64,000 nucleotides of DNA from an uncultured Methanosarcinales archaeon. Its GTDB lineage: Archaea; Nanobdellota; Nanobdellia; Woesearchaeales; JACPBV01. Each line of letters opens with the position of its first letter. Position 1 is the stretch's first letter. The position numbers and the translations under genes were made by a program. The stretch spans positions 28,301 to 92,300 of the forward strand of contig CAZBLF010000001.1 in assembly GCA_964492935.1 (NCBI GenBank), written 5' to 3'. The notes under the pieces are model-generated. The model saw only the letters and a list, made by a program, of their open reading frames with translations. It did no database searches and was not told where the DNA came from. Below, piece after piece: positions 10,018-19,794 of the stretch.

Positions 10018-10410
10018 TTAGTGTGATTCCAGTAGTTGTTTGTACGCTTCCGCATTGAGAAGTCCATTTAATTGATCCTGAGAGAATCCTTTGATTTTTA
10101 CGATCCAGCCTGCACCATAGGGGTCTTCATTGATGAGTTCTGGTTTATTCGTGAGTTCGGTATTCACTTCAACGACCTCTCCATCGGTAGGTGCATAGAC
10201 ATCGGAGACCGATTTAACGGATTCTACGACAAGAAATGCTTTTGATTGCTCTGTTTTCTTCCCTACTTCTGGAAGTTCGACAAAAACGATATCGGTTAAT
10301 GCGTGTTGTGCATAGTCGGTGATCCCGATGATGAGTGTATCTCCTTCCACCTTGACCCACTCGTGTTCCTTGGTATAGTGTAGATTTTCCGGAATGTTTG
10401 TTGGTTCCAT
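10018..10410 (-). CDS. gcvH: Glycine cleavage system H protein (lipoyl carrier)
   Basis: MEPTNIPENLHYTKEHEWVKVEG...VVESVKSVSDVYAPTDGEVVEVN contains the lipoyl-lysine motif (ESVKSVS). It is read in frame with the upstream gcvT C-terminal segment, with no stop between them. Confidence 0.85.
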   Translation of the reverse strand: MEPTNIPENLHYTKEHEWVKVEGDTLIIGITDYAQHALTDIVFVELPEVGKKTEQSKAFLVVESVKSVSDVYAPTDGEVVEVNTELTNKPELINEDPYGAGWIVKIKGFSQDQLNGLLNAEAYKQLLESH

Positions 10411-11452
10411 TACGATCCCCCCCTTAAATTTGTAGATTGGTCTTTTTACTTGTGTAGCCCTATATAGTTTTCCTCTAATCAATATCTCTATTTGAGTACC
10501 TACTTCTGCGAATTCGGAGTTTACAAAACCCATACCGATCCCTTGTTTCAGGGTTGGAGAGAAAGTGCCTGAGGAGACTTCTCCTATTTCTTTTCCCTCT
10601 TTTTGTATGGTATAGTGTTCGCGCGGTACTGATTTTTCATTCATGGTAAAACAGACGAGTTTCTTTTCGGTTCCCTCTTTGCTTTTCTAATATTTCACGT
10701 CCGATAAATTCTTTATTGAATTTTGTGACAAAGAGAAGTCCTGCTTCGATGGGAGTAATAGATTCACTGAGTTCATGACCATATAGCGAGTAGCAGGCTT
10801 CCAATCGTAATGTGTCGCGAGCTCCTAGACCACAGGGCTTGATGCCATATTCTTTTCCTGCTTCTAGTAGATCGTTCCAGATGTCTTGTGCATCCTCATT
10901 TTTGCAATAAATTTCGAAGCCGTCCTCTCCGGTGTATCCAGTTCTTGAAATAAGGACTTTGGGAGAGATGTTATTGAGCTGTAGATACTCTGCTTTGAAT
11001 CTTTTTAGTTGTTCTAGTTTGAATTGAGTCAATTTTTGCAGTGTTTTTTCTGCTTCTGGACCTTGGAGGTCTAATTTTGCTAGTTGTTCGCTCATATCTC
11101 TTATAGTTACAGATTCTGGTTTGTGTTGCATGAGCCAGTTGAGATCTTTTTGTATGGTTCCTGCGTTTACTACCATGAAGAATTCTTCGTCGCCCAGCTT
11201 GTAGATGAAGAGATCGTCTATTACTGTACCGCGTTCATTACAGAGGCAGTTGTAGCATGCTTGCTTGGTTTCTAATTTTGCAAGATCGTTGGTGACTACT
11301 GATTGTAGAAATTCGAATGCGCCCTCTCCTGTAATCATGAATTCTCCCATATGCGAGATATCGAAGAGCCCTACCTGGTTTCTCGTTGCGAGATGTTCCT
11401 CGATTACATTGGTGTACTGGACGGGCATACTCCACCCTGCAAAGGGAACCAT
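10411..11452 (-). CDS. gcvT: Aminomethyltransferase (glycine cleavage T protein), interrupted by a frameshift near 10665-10700
   Basis: The N-terminal 271 aa (11452-10637) end ...ILEKQRGNRKETRLFYHE*. A neighbouring frame reads ...KSKEGTEKKLVCFTMNEKSVPREH...TFSPTL...KRPIYKFKGG, which matches the GcvT C-terminus. One extra base in the run caaAgaggg accounts for the shift. Confidence 0.75.
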
Positions 11453-11542
11453 TGTTGCACCTAATTGTGTATGTTGTTCAAAAAGAGGTGTTTTTTTTCT
11501 GTCAAGATTTTTAATATTTAGAATACGAATTATATATACTTT

Positions 11543-12475
11543 ATGGGGCTTCAGGATATAGTTAACTTTATAATGTTGCTTTATCTGAAGCTGTTTATGG
11601 TGTATACTCTTATTTTATTGGGTTTGGTGCTTATTGGTTTGGTTGTGGGGAGTGTAACTGACTTGAAGACTAGGGAAGTTCCTGACTGGTTGAGTTATGG
11701 GATGATGGGTACTGGAGTAGGCTTGTCGTTACTGTTTTCTGTTCTGTATTGGGATTATTCTTTTGTTGCTCATAGTTTGTTTGGATTGCTAGTTATGTTT
11801 TTGTTTGGATTGCTGATGTTTTACTCCGGTCAATGGGGTGGTGGGGATAGCAAGATCTTGATGGGCGTTGGTGCATTGGTTGGTTTATCCTGGAACTTGG
11901 TTCCGTTTCCGTTTCCGTTTCCGTTTCTACTTGCATTTTTTGTGAATATGTTGTTGATGGGTGCGGTGTATGGTATCGGATGGAGTGTGTATCTGGTTGT
12001 TCGTCATTACTCTGCGTTTAAAGCATCTTTTCGTCATATTATGGGGTTGAAGGCGGTTGGGCAGGTAAAGTTGATGCTGTTGGTGACTGGTTTTGTTGTT
12101 TTGGCAAGTTATTTTTTTGTGGATAGGTGGTTATGGTTCGTGGTGTTGGGCGGTTATATTGTTGTTGTGTTGATTTCGTATCTGAGGGTTGCGGTTAAAG
12201 CACTGGAGAAATCTTCTATGATACGTTCTGTTCGTCCTGACCAGTTAACTGAGGGCGATTGGATTGTTAAGGATGTTTCTTATCGCGGCAAGTATATTTG
12301 CGGTCCGAAAGATTTGGGTATTGAGAAGAAGGCTATTAAGAAGTTGGTAGCTTTGTATAAAGCAGGAAAGATCAAGGAGATTGTGATTAAAGAAGGCATT
12401 CCGTTTGTGCCTAGTTTCTTGCTAGCATTTATTCTTACGTTGTTTGTTGGTAACTTTTTCTTTTTGTTTATTTAG
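11543..12475 (+). CDS. A24-family prepilin/preflagellin peptidase-like membrane protein
   Basis: The protein is polytopic, with Asp in VTDLKTREVPD and the second catalytic motif GGGDSKIL. A (PF)5 run is encoded by (ccgttt)5. Confidence 0.6.
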   Translation: MGLQDIVNFIMLLYLKLFMVYTLILLGLVLIGLVVGSVTDLKTREVPDWLSYGMMGTGVGLSLLFSVLYWDYSFVAHSLFGLLVMFLFGLLMFYSGQWGGGDSKILMGVGALVGLSWNLVPFPFPFPFLLAFFVNMLLMGAVYGIGWSVYLVVRHYSAFKASFRHIMGLKAVGQVKLMLLVTGFVVLASYFFVDRWLWFVVLGGYIVVVLISYLRVAVKALEKSSMIRSVRPDQLTEGDWIVKDVSYRGKYICGPKDLGIEKKAIKKLVALYKAGKIKEIVIKEGIPFVPSFLLAFILTLFVGNFFFLFI

Positions 12476-12511
12476 TACGAGAGTATAGAATTTTTAAAGT
12501 CAATAGGGTAA

Positions 12512-13741
12512 TTATTTCTTCTTCTCGATCTTCACTTGAGTGATTCTTTTTCCTTGCATTTCTTCTATGGTGATGAGGTAGTTGTTGATTTTGATGGTTT
12601 CTTTTAATACTGGGATTCTATTGATTTTGTGGAGGATGAAGCCGCCAAAGGTTTCGTATTCTTCGCCGTCTCGGAATCTTGAGCGAAGTCGTTTATTCAC
12701 TTCTGGGATTTCGGTCTTTCCTTCTACAATCCATTTGTTACCGCGTTTTCGGATGTTTGGCTCTACTTTTTCTTTTTCGTCTTCGAATTCTCCTACGATT
12801 TCGTCGAGGAGGTCGTTAATGGTTACAAGGCCGACTAACGTTCCATGTTCGTCGACGACCATGGCTATTGATTGGCGCTTTTTCTTGCATTGTAGTAATA
12901 AGGTGTCTAATTTTTGGGTTTCTGGAACGAAATTGACGCGTTCCATGATGGATTTGACCGTTTTGCTTTCGCTTTTTTGGTTGATCAAGTCTTTGGTGAA
13001 GATGACTCCTGTAATGTGGTTTTTTTCTTTTCTGTAAACCGGAATTCTAGAGTATGGATTTTCTTTTAGGAGTGCACGGAGATCTTTTAGTTTTTCTCGT
13101 TCTTCGATTGAGGTGATATCGGAGACGGGAGTCATGACTTGCTCTACATTCATGTCGTCGAACTTGAAAATGCGTTGAATCATTACTTTTTCGTCGTGGT
13201 CTAATTCGCCTTCTTCATGTCCGACACGAATGATGGTCTCGATTTCTTCTTCTGTTACGATGGGACGATGGGCTGCGTTTTTGGTGAGGACATTGGTGAG
13301 TTTTTCGAAAATCCAGACGATAGGTGCTATGAGTGTTGCGAGCCAGGCGATGGGTCTGGCTATGCTGAGTGCGATATGCTCCTTGTAGGCTCCTGCTAAT
13401 GATTTGGGCCCGATTTCTCCGAAGACGAGGATCAATAGGGTCATTCCTCCTGTGGCAATGCCGATGGCGTTGTTATTGAAGATAGATACGGAGAGCATGG
13501 TTGCTAGAACGGATGCACCTACATTCACGAGATTGTTGAAGACGAGGATGGTGGTGAGAAAGGTGTTTGGATTTTCTTTGAGTTGTAGTAAGATATCTGC
13601 TCCTCGCTTTCTTTTTTCTACGAGATGCATGACGCGTAATTTGGAGACACCCACTAATGCAGTCTCAGCCATAGAGAAGAATCCGGACAATCCTAGGAGG
13701 ATGACTAGAAGATAGATCTGTTCTCGAATTAGGAGTACCAT
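12512..13741 (-). CDS. CNNM/HlyC-CorC family transporter (DUF21-CBS pair-CorC_HlyC)
   Basis: 409 aa. An N-terminal 4-TM DUF21-like region is followed by a CBS pair and a C-terminal CorC/HlyC-like domain. Confidence 0.8.
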   Translation of the reverse strand: MVLLIREQIYLLVILLGLSGFFSMAETALVGVSKLRVMHLVEKRKRGADILLQLKENPNTFLTTILVFNNLVNVGASVLATMLSVSIFNNNAIGIATGGMTLLILVFGEIGPKSLAGAYKEHIALSIARPIAWLATLIAPIVWIFEKLTNVLTKNAAHRPIVTEEEIETIIRVGHEEGELDHDEKVMIQRIFKFDDMNVEQVMTPVSDITSIEEREKLKDLRALLKENPYSRIPVYRKEKNHITGVIFTKDLINQKSESKTVKSIMERVNFVPETQKLDTLLLQCKKKRQSIAMVVDEHGTLVGLVTINDLLDEIVGEFEDEKEKVEPNIRKRGNKWIVEGKTEIPEVNKRLRSRFRDGEEYETFGGFILHKINRIPVLKETIKINNYLITIEEMQGKRITQVKIEKKK

Positions 13742-13804
13742 GGGCTAAAATTTGCTTTCATTGCTTATAATTGTTGTGGTCTTCGGAGGTTTATGCGAAA
13801 TACC

Positions 13805-15487
13805 TTACATCTCCTCTGGGGCTTCAATACCTAGTAGCTGTAATCCATTTGCTATTACTTGTTCAACGGATGCTACTAATGCAAGTCTTGCATTGCTGAG
13901 ATCGGGATTTTCTGAGTTTACCTGGTGTTTATGATAGAAATTGTTGAATGACTGGGCTAGCTCGTAGAGAAAGTGTGCTAGGAGATAGGGTTTGTAGTTT
14001 GCTGCAGCCTCTATGCGCTCTTCGAAATTCGCTAGCAGTTTTAGGAGTGCTTTTTCTTCTTCAGTTGTTAGCAATTCGTAATGGATGTCTTTTGGAAGTT
14101 TAGAATCTGCTTTCTTTTGGATGCTATTGCAACGTGCATGTGCATACTGGATGTAGGGCCCGGTGTTACCTTCGAATGCAAGTGCTTTCTCCCAATCGAA
14201 TACGAGTGTTTTTTGGTTCTCTCGGGCGATCATGCTGTATTTTAATGCGCCGAACGAGATGGTTGATGCGCGCTTTTCAACTTCTTTCTTAGTGAGCTTT
14301 TTATGACGTTTCTTGATTTCTTTTTCTGCTGCTTCCTTGATTTTTGTTAAAAGATCGTCGTAGAGTACCATGGTGCCTTCTCGCGAGGACATTTTTCCTT
14401 CGGGGAGCATGACAAGGCCGTAGGCTAGGTGTTTTGATTTCTTTGCCATCGGAGATTTCATGAGCTCGTAGGTTTTGAAGACTTGTCTGAAGAAGAGTTC
14501 TTGTTCAGATCCTACTACATGGATGCTTTTATCGAATTTGTACTCTTTTTGTTTGAGCAATGCTAGACCAAGTTCTTTCGTTTGATAGGTTGGGGTGCCG
14601 TCACCGGTGATGGCCACATAGACGCCTAGATTGTCTTTTTCGAAATCGAAAATAATAGCTCCGTCGCTTTCCTTTGCAATATTATTCTTTAGTGCTTTTT
14701 GGACTTCCTCTTTGCCTAATGGATCGGCTTCGCTTTCGAAATAGAGTCTGTTAAATTGGACTCCGAACTCCTTATAGAGGTCTTCAAAATCATCTAGGCA
14801 CCATTTTCTTGTCTTTTTCCAGAGATCGAGGTACTCTTTGTCTTTGGTGTAGAGCTTTTTGTTGATTTCTTTTACTTCTTGCTCAGCTTTCTTGGATTTT
14901 TTTGTAGCTTGATGGGCTTGGGTGTAGATGTGGCCGAGCCAGGTTCCTCTCTGTGTCTTGGGTTCCTTCTTTTTGTTTTTTAGATATCCCCATAAGCATT
15001 TCGCTACGTGCGGGCCAATATCGCCTTGGTAGTTGACTCGAATGACTTTGTTGCCGGCAGCTTCTAGGATTCTGGAGAGTGATTCACCGAGGCTGATATT
15101 TCTTAAGTGACCTATATGGATTCCTTTATGGGTATTGGCGTGGAAGAATTCTACCATGAGTGTTTTTTTTGTGGTTTTTAATTGACCGAACTTCTCTTTT
15201 TCTTTGAGAATTTGTTTGCAGATGTCTTGCGCTAAGTCTGCTGAAGTGATGAAGAAATTGAGGTAGGGGCCGGTAGCTCTGATTTCGTCTACGCCCTTTG
15301 GAGGTTCTAATGTATTTGCTAGTTCTTCTGCTATTTCGTTCGGTGCTTTTTTGTAGGTTTTGGATAAAGCGAAGCACGGAAACGCATAATCTCCCATTTC
15401 TGGATTAGGAGGATTCTCTAGCTCGATGTTTTCTAGTTTGGTTTCTTTTTCTAGAAGTTTGATGATTGCTTGCTTGATGTCCTCCAT
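13805..15487 (-). CDS. argS: Arginyl-tRNA synthetase
   Basis: 560 aa. The N-terminus PNPEMGDYAF and the motif FFHANTHKGIHIGHLRN are ArgRS-like, and there is a C-terminal DALR-type anticodon-binding region. Confidence 0.9.
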   Translation of the reverse strand: MEDIKQAIIKLLEKETKLENIELENPPNPEMGDYAFPCFALSKTYKKAPNEIAEELANTLEPPKGVDEIRATGPYLNFFITSADLAQDICKQILKEKEKFGQLKTTKKTLMVEFFHANTHKGIHIGHLRNISLGESLSRILEAAGNKVIRVNYQGDIGPHVAKCLWGYLKNKKKEPKTQRGTWLGHIYTQAHQATKKSKKAEQEVKEINKKLYTKDKEYLDLWKKTRKWCLDDFEDLYKEFGVQFNRLYFESEADPLGKEEVQKALKNNIAKESDGAIIFDFEKDNLGVYVAITGDGTPTYQTKELGLALLKQKEYKFDKSIHVVGSEQELFFRQVFKTYELMKSPMAKKSKHLAYGLVMLPEGKMSSREGTMVLYDDLLTKIKEAAEKEIKKRHKKLTKKEVEKRASTISFGALKYSMIARENQKTLVFDWEKALAFEGNTGPYIQYAHARCNSIQKKADSKLPKDIHYELLTTEEEKALLKLLANFEERIEAAANYKPYLLAHFLYELAQSFNNFYHKHQVNSENPDLSNARLALVASVEQVIANGLQLLGIEAPEEM

Positions 15488-15681
15488 AGGGTTAGATTTA
15501 TTCGGGTAGCTTAAAAAGTTTGCTTTTACATCAGTATTTTGGGAGGATGTAGTCAGAGGTATGGCTGGCGATTATTCAGAACCTTTGTAGAACTCTTGTC
15601 GATATACTTGTCTTAATCTTTGGTAAAACAAAACTCCTCTTTGAGCATCAGAAAGATCATCTCTTCCATCTAATTCACTAG

Positions 15682-15879
15682 CTATACTGAAAGTGTGACA
15701 TTTACCACCCTTTCTAGCCTTTCGTCTTCGTTGGTGGAGTGAGGTCTGTTCGGGTCTTTTAGCATTCCAGCTTCACGCAATATATGTGCAGCGTGTACTG
15801 GATTTCCAGTTCGTATCCCTTTGGAAAAATCACTTACTCCGGCTACTCCTGGACCTTTACCATTACTTTTTCCTATCAT
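15682..15879 (-). CDS. Small hypothetical ORF (65 aa)
   Basis: This is only an ORF in an intergenic gap. It has no recognisable motif. Confidence 0.15.
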   Translation of the reverse strand: MIGKSNGKGPGVAGVSDFSKGIRTGNPVHAAHILREAGMLKDPNRPHSTNEDERLERVVNVTLSV

Positions 15880-15910
15880 GAACTTTCGATTGCTGTTCTC
15901 TATAAAAAGC

Positions 15911-16678
15911 TTATTGCTTTGAAAACAATTGCGATGCCGTGTCGATGGTTAAGAGAATTACCGCTTCGGTTTGGGCTTTCGTGGGATAGAAGGCTTCCTG
16001 TTGTTTGTGGACGGATGAAATTCTTGCTTGATTGATGAGATGGATTTGGTTTGCGATTCCGGGTGGTAGGGTGACTTCTTTATCTCGCAGTTTTGCGATT
16101 AAGTTTCCTAGTCCGATTCCAGGGCTTTTTTCTAGTAGGTCATTATTGGTTACTTCGTAGTATTTTCGGTGTAATACTGTTTCTAATACTCGACCACAGA
16201 GGATGATGCAGCTTCGAAAGCACTCATGGGTGAAGCAGCGTTGCATTTCACTAATGTCAGCTTCGATATCGGACTTTATATCTTTGGGGATGATGTCTGG
16301 ATTTAGGGTGAGGGCTTCATTTTGCTTTTCTTCTGGAACGGATTGGGTGAGTTCTTGAAGTGAGTTGAATGTGGTTTGCACTAATTTGAATGCTTGCTCA
16401 TCGTAGGCGGTGTAGATTTTTTGTAATAATGCAGAGATTTGGGCTATGGTTGATTGCTGGTTTCGATGATCGGCAGCGTATTGATGCAAGGAGATTGAGG
16501 CGTTCTTGAGCTGTTGGAAGGCGGTATGATAAGCCTGGATGTGGTACTGTTGTTTTTTTGCGGCAAAATCATAGAGTTGTTTTTCTCCGGAAAGCGTGTT
16601 TAGTGGATTGAGATTTTTCTTTACTAAGGTGTCTATGGCGTACCCGAACTTTATTACTGCCTCGCGGAATTCTTGCAT
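15911..16678 (-). CDS. Hypothetical protein, possible DUF4145-like C-terminal domain
   Basis: 255 aa. The C-terminal CFRSCIILCGRVLETVLHRKY...IANQIHLINQARISSVHK loosely resembles the DUF4145 fold seen in defence-associated proteins. This is an inference. Confidence 0.4.
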   Translation of the reverse strand: MQEFREAVIKFGYAIDTLVKKNLNPLNTLSGEKQLYDFAAKKQQYHIQAYHTAFQQLKNASISLHQYAADHRNQQSTIAQISALLQKIYTAYDEQAFKLVQTTFNSLQELTQSVPEEKQNEALTLNPDIIPKDIKSDIEADISEMQRCFTHECFRSCIILCGRVLETVLHRKYYEVTNNDLLEKSPGIGLGNLIAKLRDKEVTLPPGIANQIHLINQARISSVHKQQEAFYPTKAQTEAVILLTIDTASQLFSKQ

Positions 16679-16679
16679 G

Positions 16680-17939
16680 TTAGATGAATTGTTTTAATTT
16701 GGTTTGTTGTTTGATGGTGTTTAAGAGTAGGCTCCTTTCTAAGAGGTAATCGAGCTTGATATTAAATCTTTTCCTTGCGATGAGGGTAACGTAGGTGAGC
16801 ATGAGCTCTTTGGTTGCGAATTTTAAGGGAGGATTATTCATCGCTTTTCTGGTTGCTTCTCGGACTACAAAGACTCCTAGAGGCACTTCATACTCATCGG
16901 TGATGAATCTTAATGCTAGAACCGAGGCTTGGCGCTTTTTTGCTTTTAATTGTTCTACTATTGCTAATCTCGTTGCATAGAAGCCTCCTGCGGTTTGTTC
17001 GGCGTATTTTTTTCTTCCTTCGTAGGGTTCGTAGTCTGTTGTGTATCTGGGGATTCCAGGTAAACGCGAGTCCGAGCCTTGCGTCTCGCGACAAGTTGGT
17101 GGGTGAGATAGCATCTCGAAGAGTTCGTAGGAGTAGACTTCGGGGAGGGTGAGGATTAGAAAATAGTTTCCTAAGTAATTTCCTTGGAAGACTTGATAAT
17201 CCATTTCGGGAAATTTTTTGATATCGGTGATGATGTTATTCGCGATGGTGGTGTCGGTTGCGGTGATGCCCCAACGAGTCGGAACTAGTTTTCTGGATGC
17301 TTTTACTCCGAGATTACCTATGGTGAGGAGTCTTGTGAGGAATTGCTCATCCATGTTGTTCTTGTAGAGGTAGTTGATGGCGTCTGCTGCTTTGAGGTCG
17401 GTATCATCGACTACTTTGTCGACTTTTTGATCTATTTTTGGGTTTTCGGTGATGGTTGCTTTTTTTAGGGATGCGGCTGGACCCATGGGTTTTACTATGG
17501 AATCGGTTTGGATGCGGAATTTTGGTTTTTTGTTGAGATTTATTTCGACGTCTACGGGTTTTGATGCCATGCCAATTTCTTTGCTGAGGTCTAGAAATTT
17601 ATTTTTTTGCTTGACTTGGACTTTGAATCTTGAGTTTAGAAGTTGGGTTCTATAATCTATGATCTGAGGGATTTTTGTGTCGGTTGCGGCCCAATGTTTT
17701 TGTGCGTCTAACAACCATACATCTTCTTTGGGTTCGGGTGGGCTTAGAATTCCTACGTTTAGGTTTGGATAGCCGTGATGGCCGACGAAGACGTTGGGGG
17801 ATGATCCAAAGAAGTCTTCTGATTTGAGTAAGTCTTTTACTTTGAATAGGGACTTGGCGCGTGTACAGATGTTGCAGTCCTTATTATCGCAGAGCTTTCC
17901 GTTCAAGGCGGCTTGGCAGTAGACAGAACGAGGTTTCAT
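16680..17939 (-). CDS. Zinc-ribbon protein, possibly Nre-like (archaeal DNA-repair associated)
   Basis: 419 aa with an N-terminal cysteine cluster CQAALNGKLCDNKDCNIC. It has the overall size and layout of the archaeal Nre family. The assignment rests on recall only. Confidence 0.35.
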   Translation of the reverse strand: MKPRSVYCQAALNGKLCDNKDCNICTRAKSLFKVKDLLKSEDFFGSSPNVFVGHHGYPNLNVGILSPPEPKEDVWLLDAQKHWAATDTKIPQIIDYRTQLLNSRFKVQVKQKNKFLDLSKEIGMASKPVDVEINLNKKPKFRIQTDSIVKPMGPAASLKKATITENPKIDQKVDKVVDDTDLKAADAINYLYKNNMDEQFLTRLLTIGNLGVKASRKLVPTRWGITATDTTIANNIITDIKKFPEMDYQVFQGNYLGNYFLILTLPEVYSYELFEMLSHPPTCRETQGSDSRLPGIPRYTTDYEPYEGRKKYAEQTAGGFYATRLAIVEQLKAKKRQASVLALRFITDEYEVPLGVFVVREATRKAMNNPPLKFATKELMLTYVTLIARKRFNIKLDYLLERSLLLNTIKQQTKLKQFI

Positions 17940-18041
17940 GAGAATTGTATGATTAGTAGAATTTTATATGTTTCGGTCTAGGTTAGTTTATTGTTCTTAA
18001 GAATAGAAATGTTTATATAACTATAATCTCATAATGGAGGT

Positions 18042-18167
18042 ATGGTTGTAGCAGGTATCGATTTTCAGACGGAGAAGGAAGTCGAAGATTTTAAGAAAAA
18101 GGCTAAGGATTTAAGTAAACGTTCTCGGCGTGCTAGATCAAATCTTAAACGATTATTTTTTCTTTGA
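18042..18167 (+). CDS. Unannotated 41-aa basic small ORF with TATA box and GGAGG RBS
   Basis: tttatata at 18012-18019, GGAGG at 18035-18039, then ATG at 18042. The product MVVAGIDFQTEKEVEDFKKKAKDLSKRSRRARSNLKRLFFL falls below the track's length cutoff. Confidence 0.3.
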   Translation: MVVAGIDFQTEKEVEDFKKKAKDLSKRSRRARSNLKRLFFL

Positions 18168-18635
18168 TTTTCTGTGTTCTTTTTCTAGTTTATCTTGAAG
18201 TATAATGATAAGTTGTTCCTGTTTTTCTTGTATTCTCATTGATTGTCTTATGGCGTGTTCTTGTTCATCCATTATCTCGCCTGTATTTTTTGCCTCTTTT
18301 CTTGCTTCTTCCGACCATTTAAATTTGTATTCCCAGATAAATTTCTGGAATGTGGCAGTTGTAACGACGAACAGTGCAAAGATGCCTACTATCACACTTA
18401 CCCATTTAGGAAGATCGAAGAAGTAGGCTAAGATTAATATCAGCATTACCTCTTCTATCAGGAATACAAATATGAACGATATAGTGAACATACTCTCATT
18501 CCTATTGATGAGTTCAACACATATCCTTCGTAGCTTCTTCAATGATTGAGCTATTTCTTTTAGAAACCATATGCACATGGCTGAAATTACCCCCAGGATA
18601 ATCATTAAGATCATTATCATTGCTTCAATCGACAT
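18153..18635 (-). CDS. Membrane protein with a C-terminal charged coiled-coil tail
   Basis: 160 aa, with three predicted TM helices followed by a K/E-rich tail. Confidence 0.4.
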   Translation of the reverse strand: MSIEAMIMILMIILGVISAMCIWFLKEIAQSLKKLRRICVELINRNESMFTISFIFVFLIEEVMLILILAYFFDLPKWVSVIVGIFALFVVTTATFQKFIWEYKFKWSEEARKEAKNTGEIMDEQEHAIRQSMRIQEKQEQLIIILQDKLEKEHRKSKKK

Positions 18636-18765
18636 AGTGACAACCAGTAACTATCTAGAACCTCTTTGTCTTTTCTTGAATTTCGTATTATATAAATATT
18701 TCTATGTCCGGTTCATTCTCCTCAAAAAACACACCTTTAAATATCGCTGGGTGTTTTGCTGGTTT

Positions 18766-19794
18766 ATGTTTCCCGACAAGATTATTGCAAAGATTAAGGA
18801 TGAATTAGATAATTGTCAGAGTCCGTTGATTTTTTATGATGATGACGCTGACGGATTATGTAGTTTCTTGTTGTTTTATCGGTATAAGAAAGAGGGGCGC
18901 GGCGTTCCAGTTAAATCGAAGCCTTCTTTGGGTAAAAGTTTCTTGCGCAAGGTCGAGGAATTTGGACCGGATAAGATTATTGTACTAGATGTTCCGATGG
19001 TGGAGCAGGAATTTTTGGATGGCGTGGACGTGCCAGTGGTATGGGTGGATCATCATACACTGGTTGATTTGGATGGAATTACGGTTTACAATCCTAAACA
19101 ATTTGATGAGAAAGATAATAGTTGTATTACACGGATTTGCTATGAGGTTGTGCAGCAGGATCAGTGGATTGCTGCGGTTGGTGCGATTGCGGATTGGCAG
19201 ATGCCGGAGTGGATGGAGGATTTTGCTAAAAAGCATCCCGAACTGATTGATCAGGAGCTAGATATTGGGAAATTGTATTTTGATAGTACCTTGGGGAAAT
19301 TAATTCGGGTGTTTGCCTTTATTTTGAAGGGTGATATCAAGGAGGTCAATAAGTGTGTTAAGATTTTGACTAGAATTGAGGATTCTCAGGAAATTTTGCA
19401 GCAATCTAGTCCACAGGGCAAGTATCTGTGGAAACGATATGAGACGAACTATCAGGCTTATGAGAAATTATTGAAGCAGGGCCATGCTCAAGCTAAGGAG
19501 GGTGATGAGTTTTTGATTTACATTTATCCAGATAGCGAGACGAGCTTTACCGGTGATTTGTCGAATGAATTGAAGTATCGGCACGCAGATAAAGTTGTTA
19601 TTGTGGGTAGAGAGGTTAAGGGCGAGGTTCGGATGAGTTTACGTTCTGAGGATCGAGATTTAGCAGCTGCTCTTGAAAAAGCTTTAGTGGGCGTTGAGGG
19701 TTACGGTGGCGGACATATGCATGCGTGCGGTGCTTGTGTTAAGAAAAGGGATTTTGATGCTTTTGTTGCGGTGTTACGAGAAGAGCTTTGTTAG
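18766..19794 (+). CDS. DHH-DHHA1 phosphoesterase (RecJ/GAN/Cdc45-like nuclease or nanoRNase)
   Basis: Motifs FYDDDADGLCS, VWVDHH and the DHHA1 motif GGGHMHACGA are present. The start was moved to ATG 18766, because the upstream part of the track ORF is hydrophobic junk overlapping a TATA box at 18690-18700. Confidence 0.8.
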   Translation: MFPDKIIAKIKDELDNCQSPLIFYDDDADGLCSFLLFYRYKKEGRGVPVKSKPSLGKSFLRKVEEFGPDKIIVLDVPMVEQEFLDGVDVPVVWVDHHTLVDLDGITVYNPKQFDEKDNSCITRICYEVVQQDQWIAAVGAIADWQMPEWMEDFAKKHPELIDQELDIGKLYFDSTLGKLIRVFAFILKGDIKEVNKCVKILTRIEDSQEILQQSSPQGKYLWKRYETNYQAYEKLLKQGHAQAKEGDEFLIYIYPDSETSFTGDLSNELKYRHADKVVIVGREVKGEVRMSLRSEDRDLAAALEKALVGVEGYGGGHMHACGACVKKRDFDAFVAVLREELC

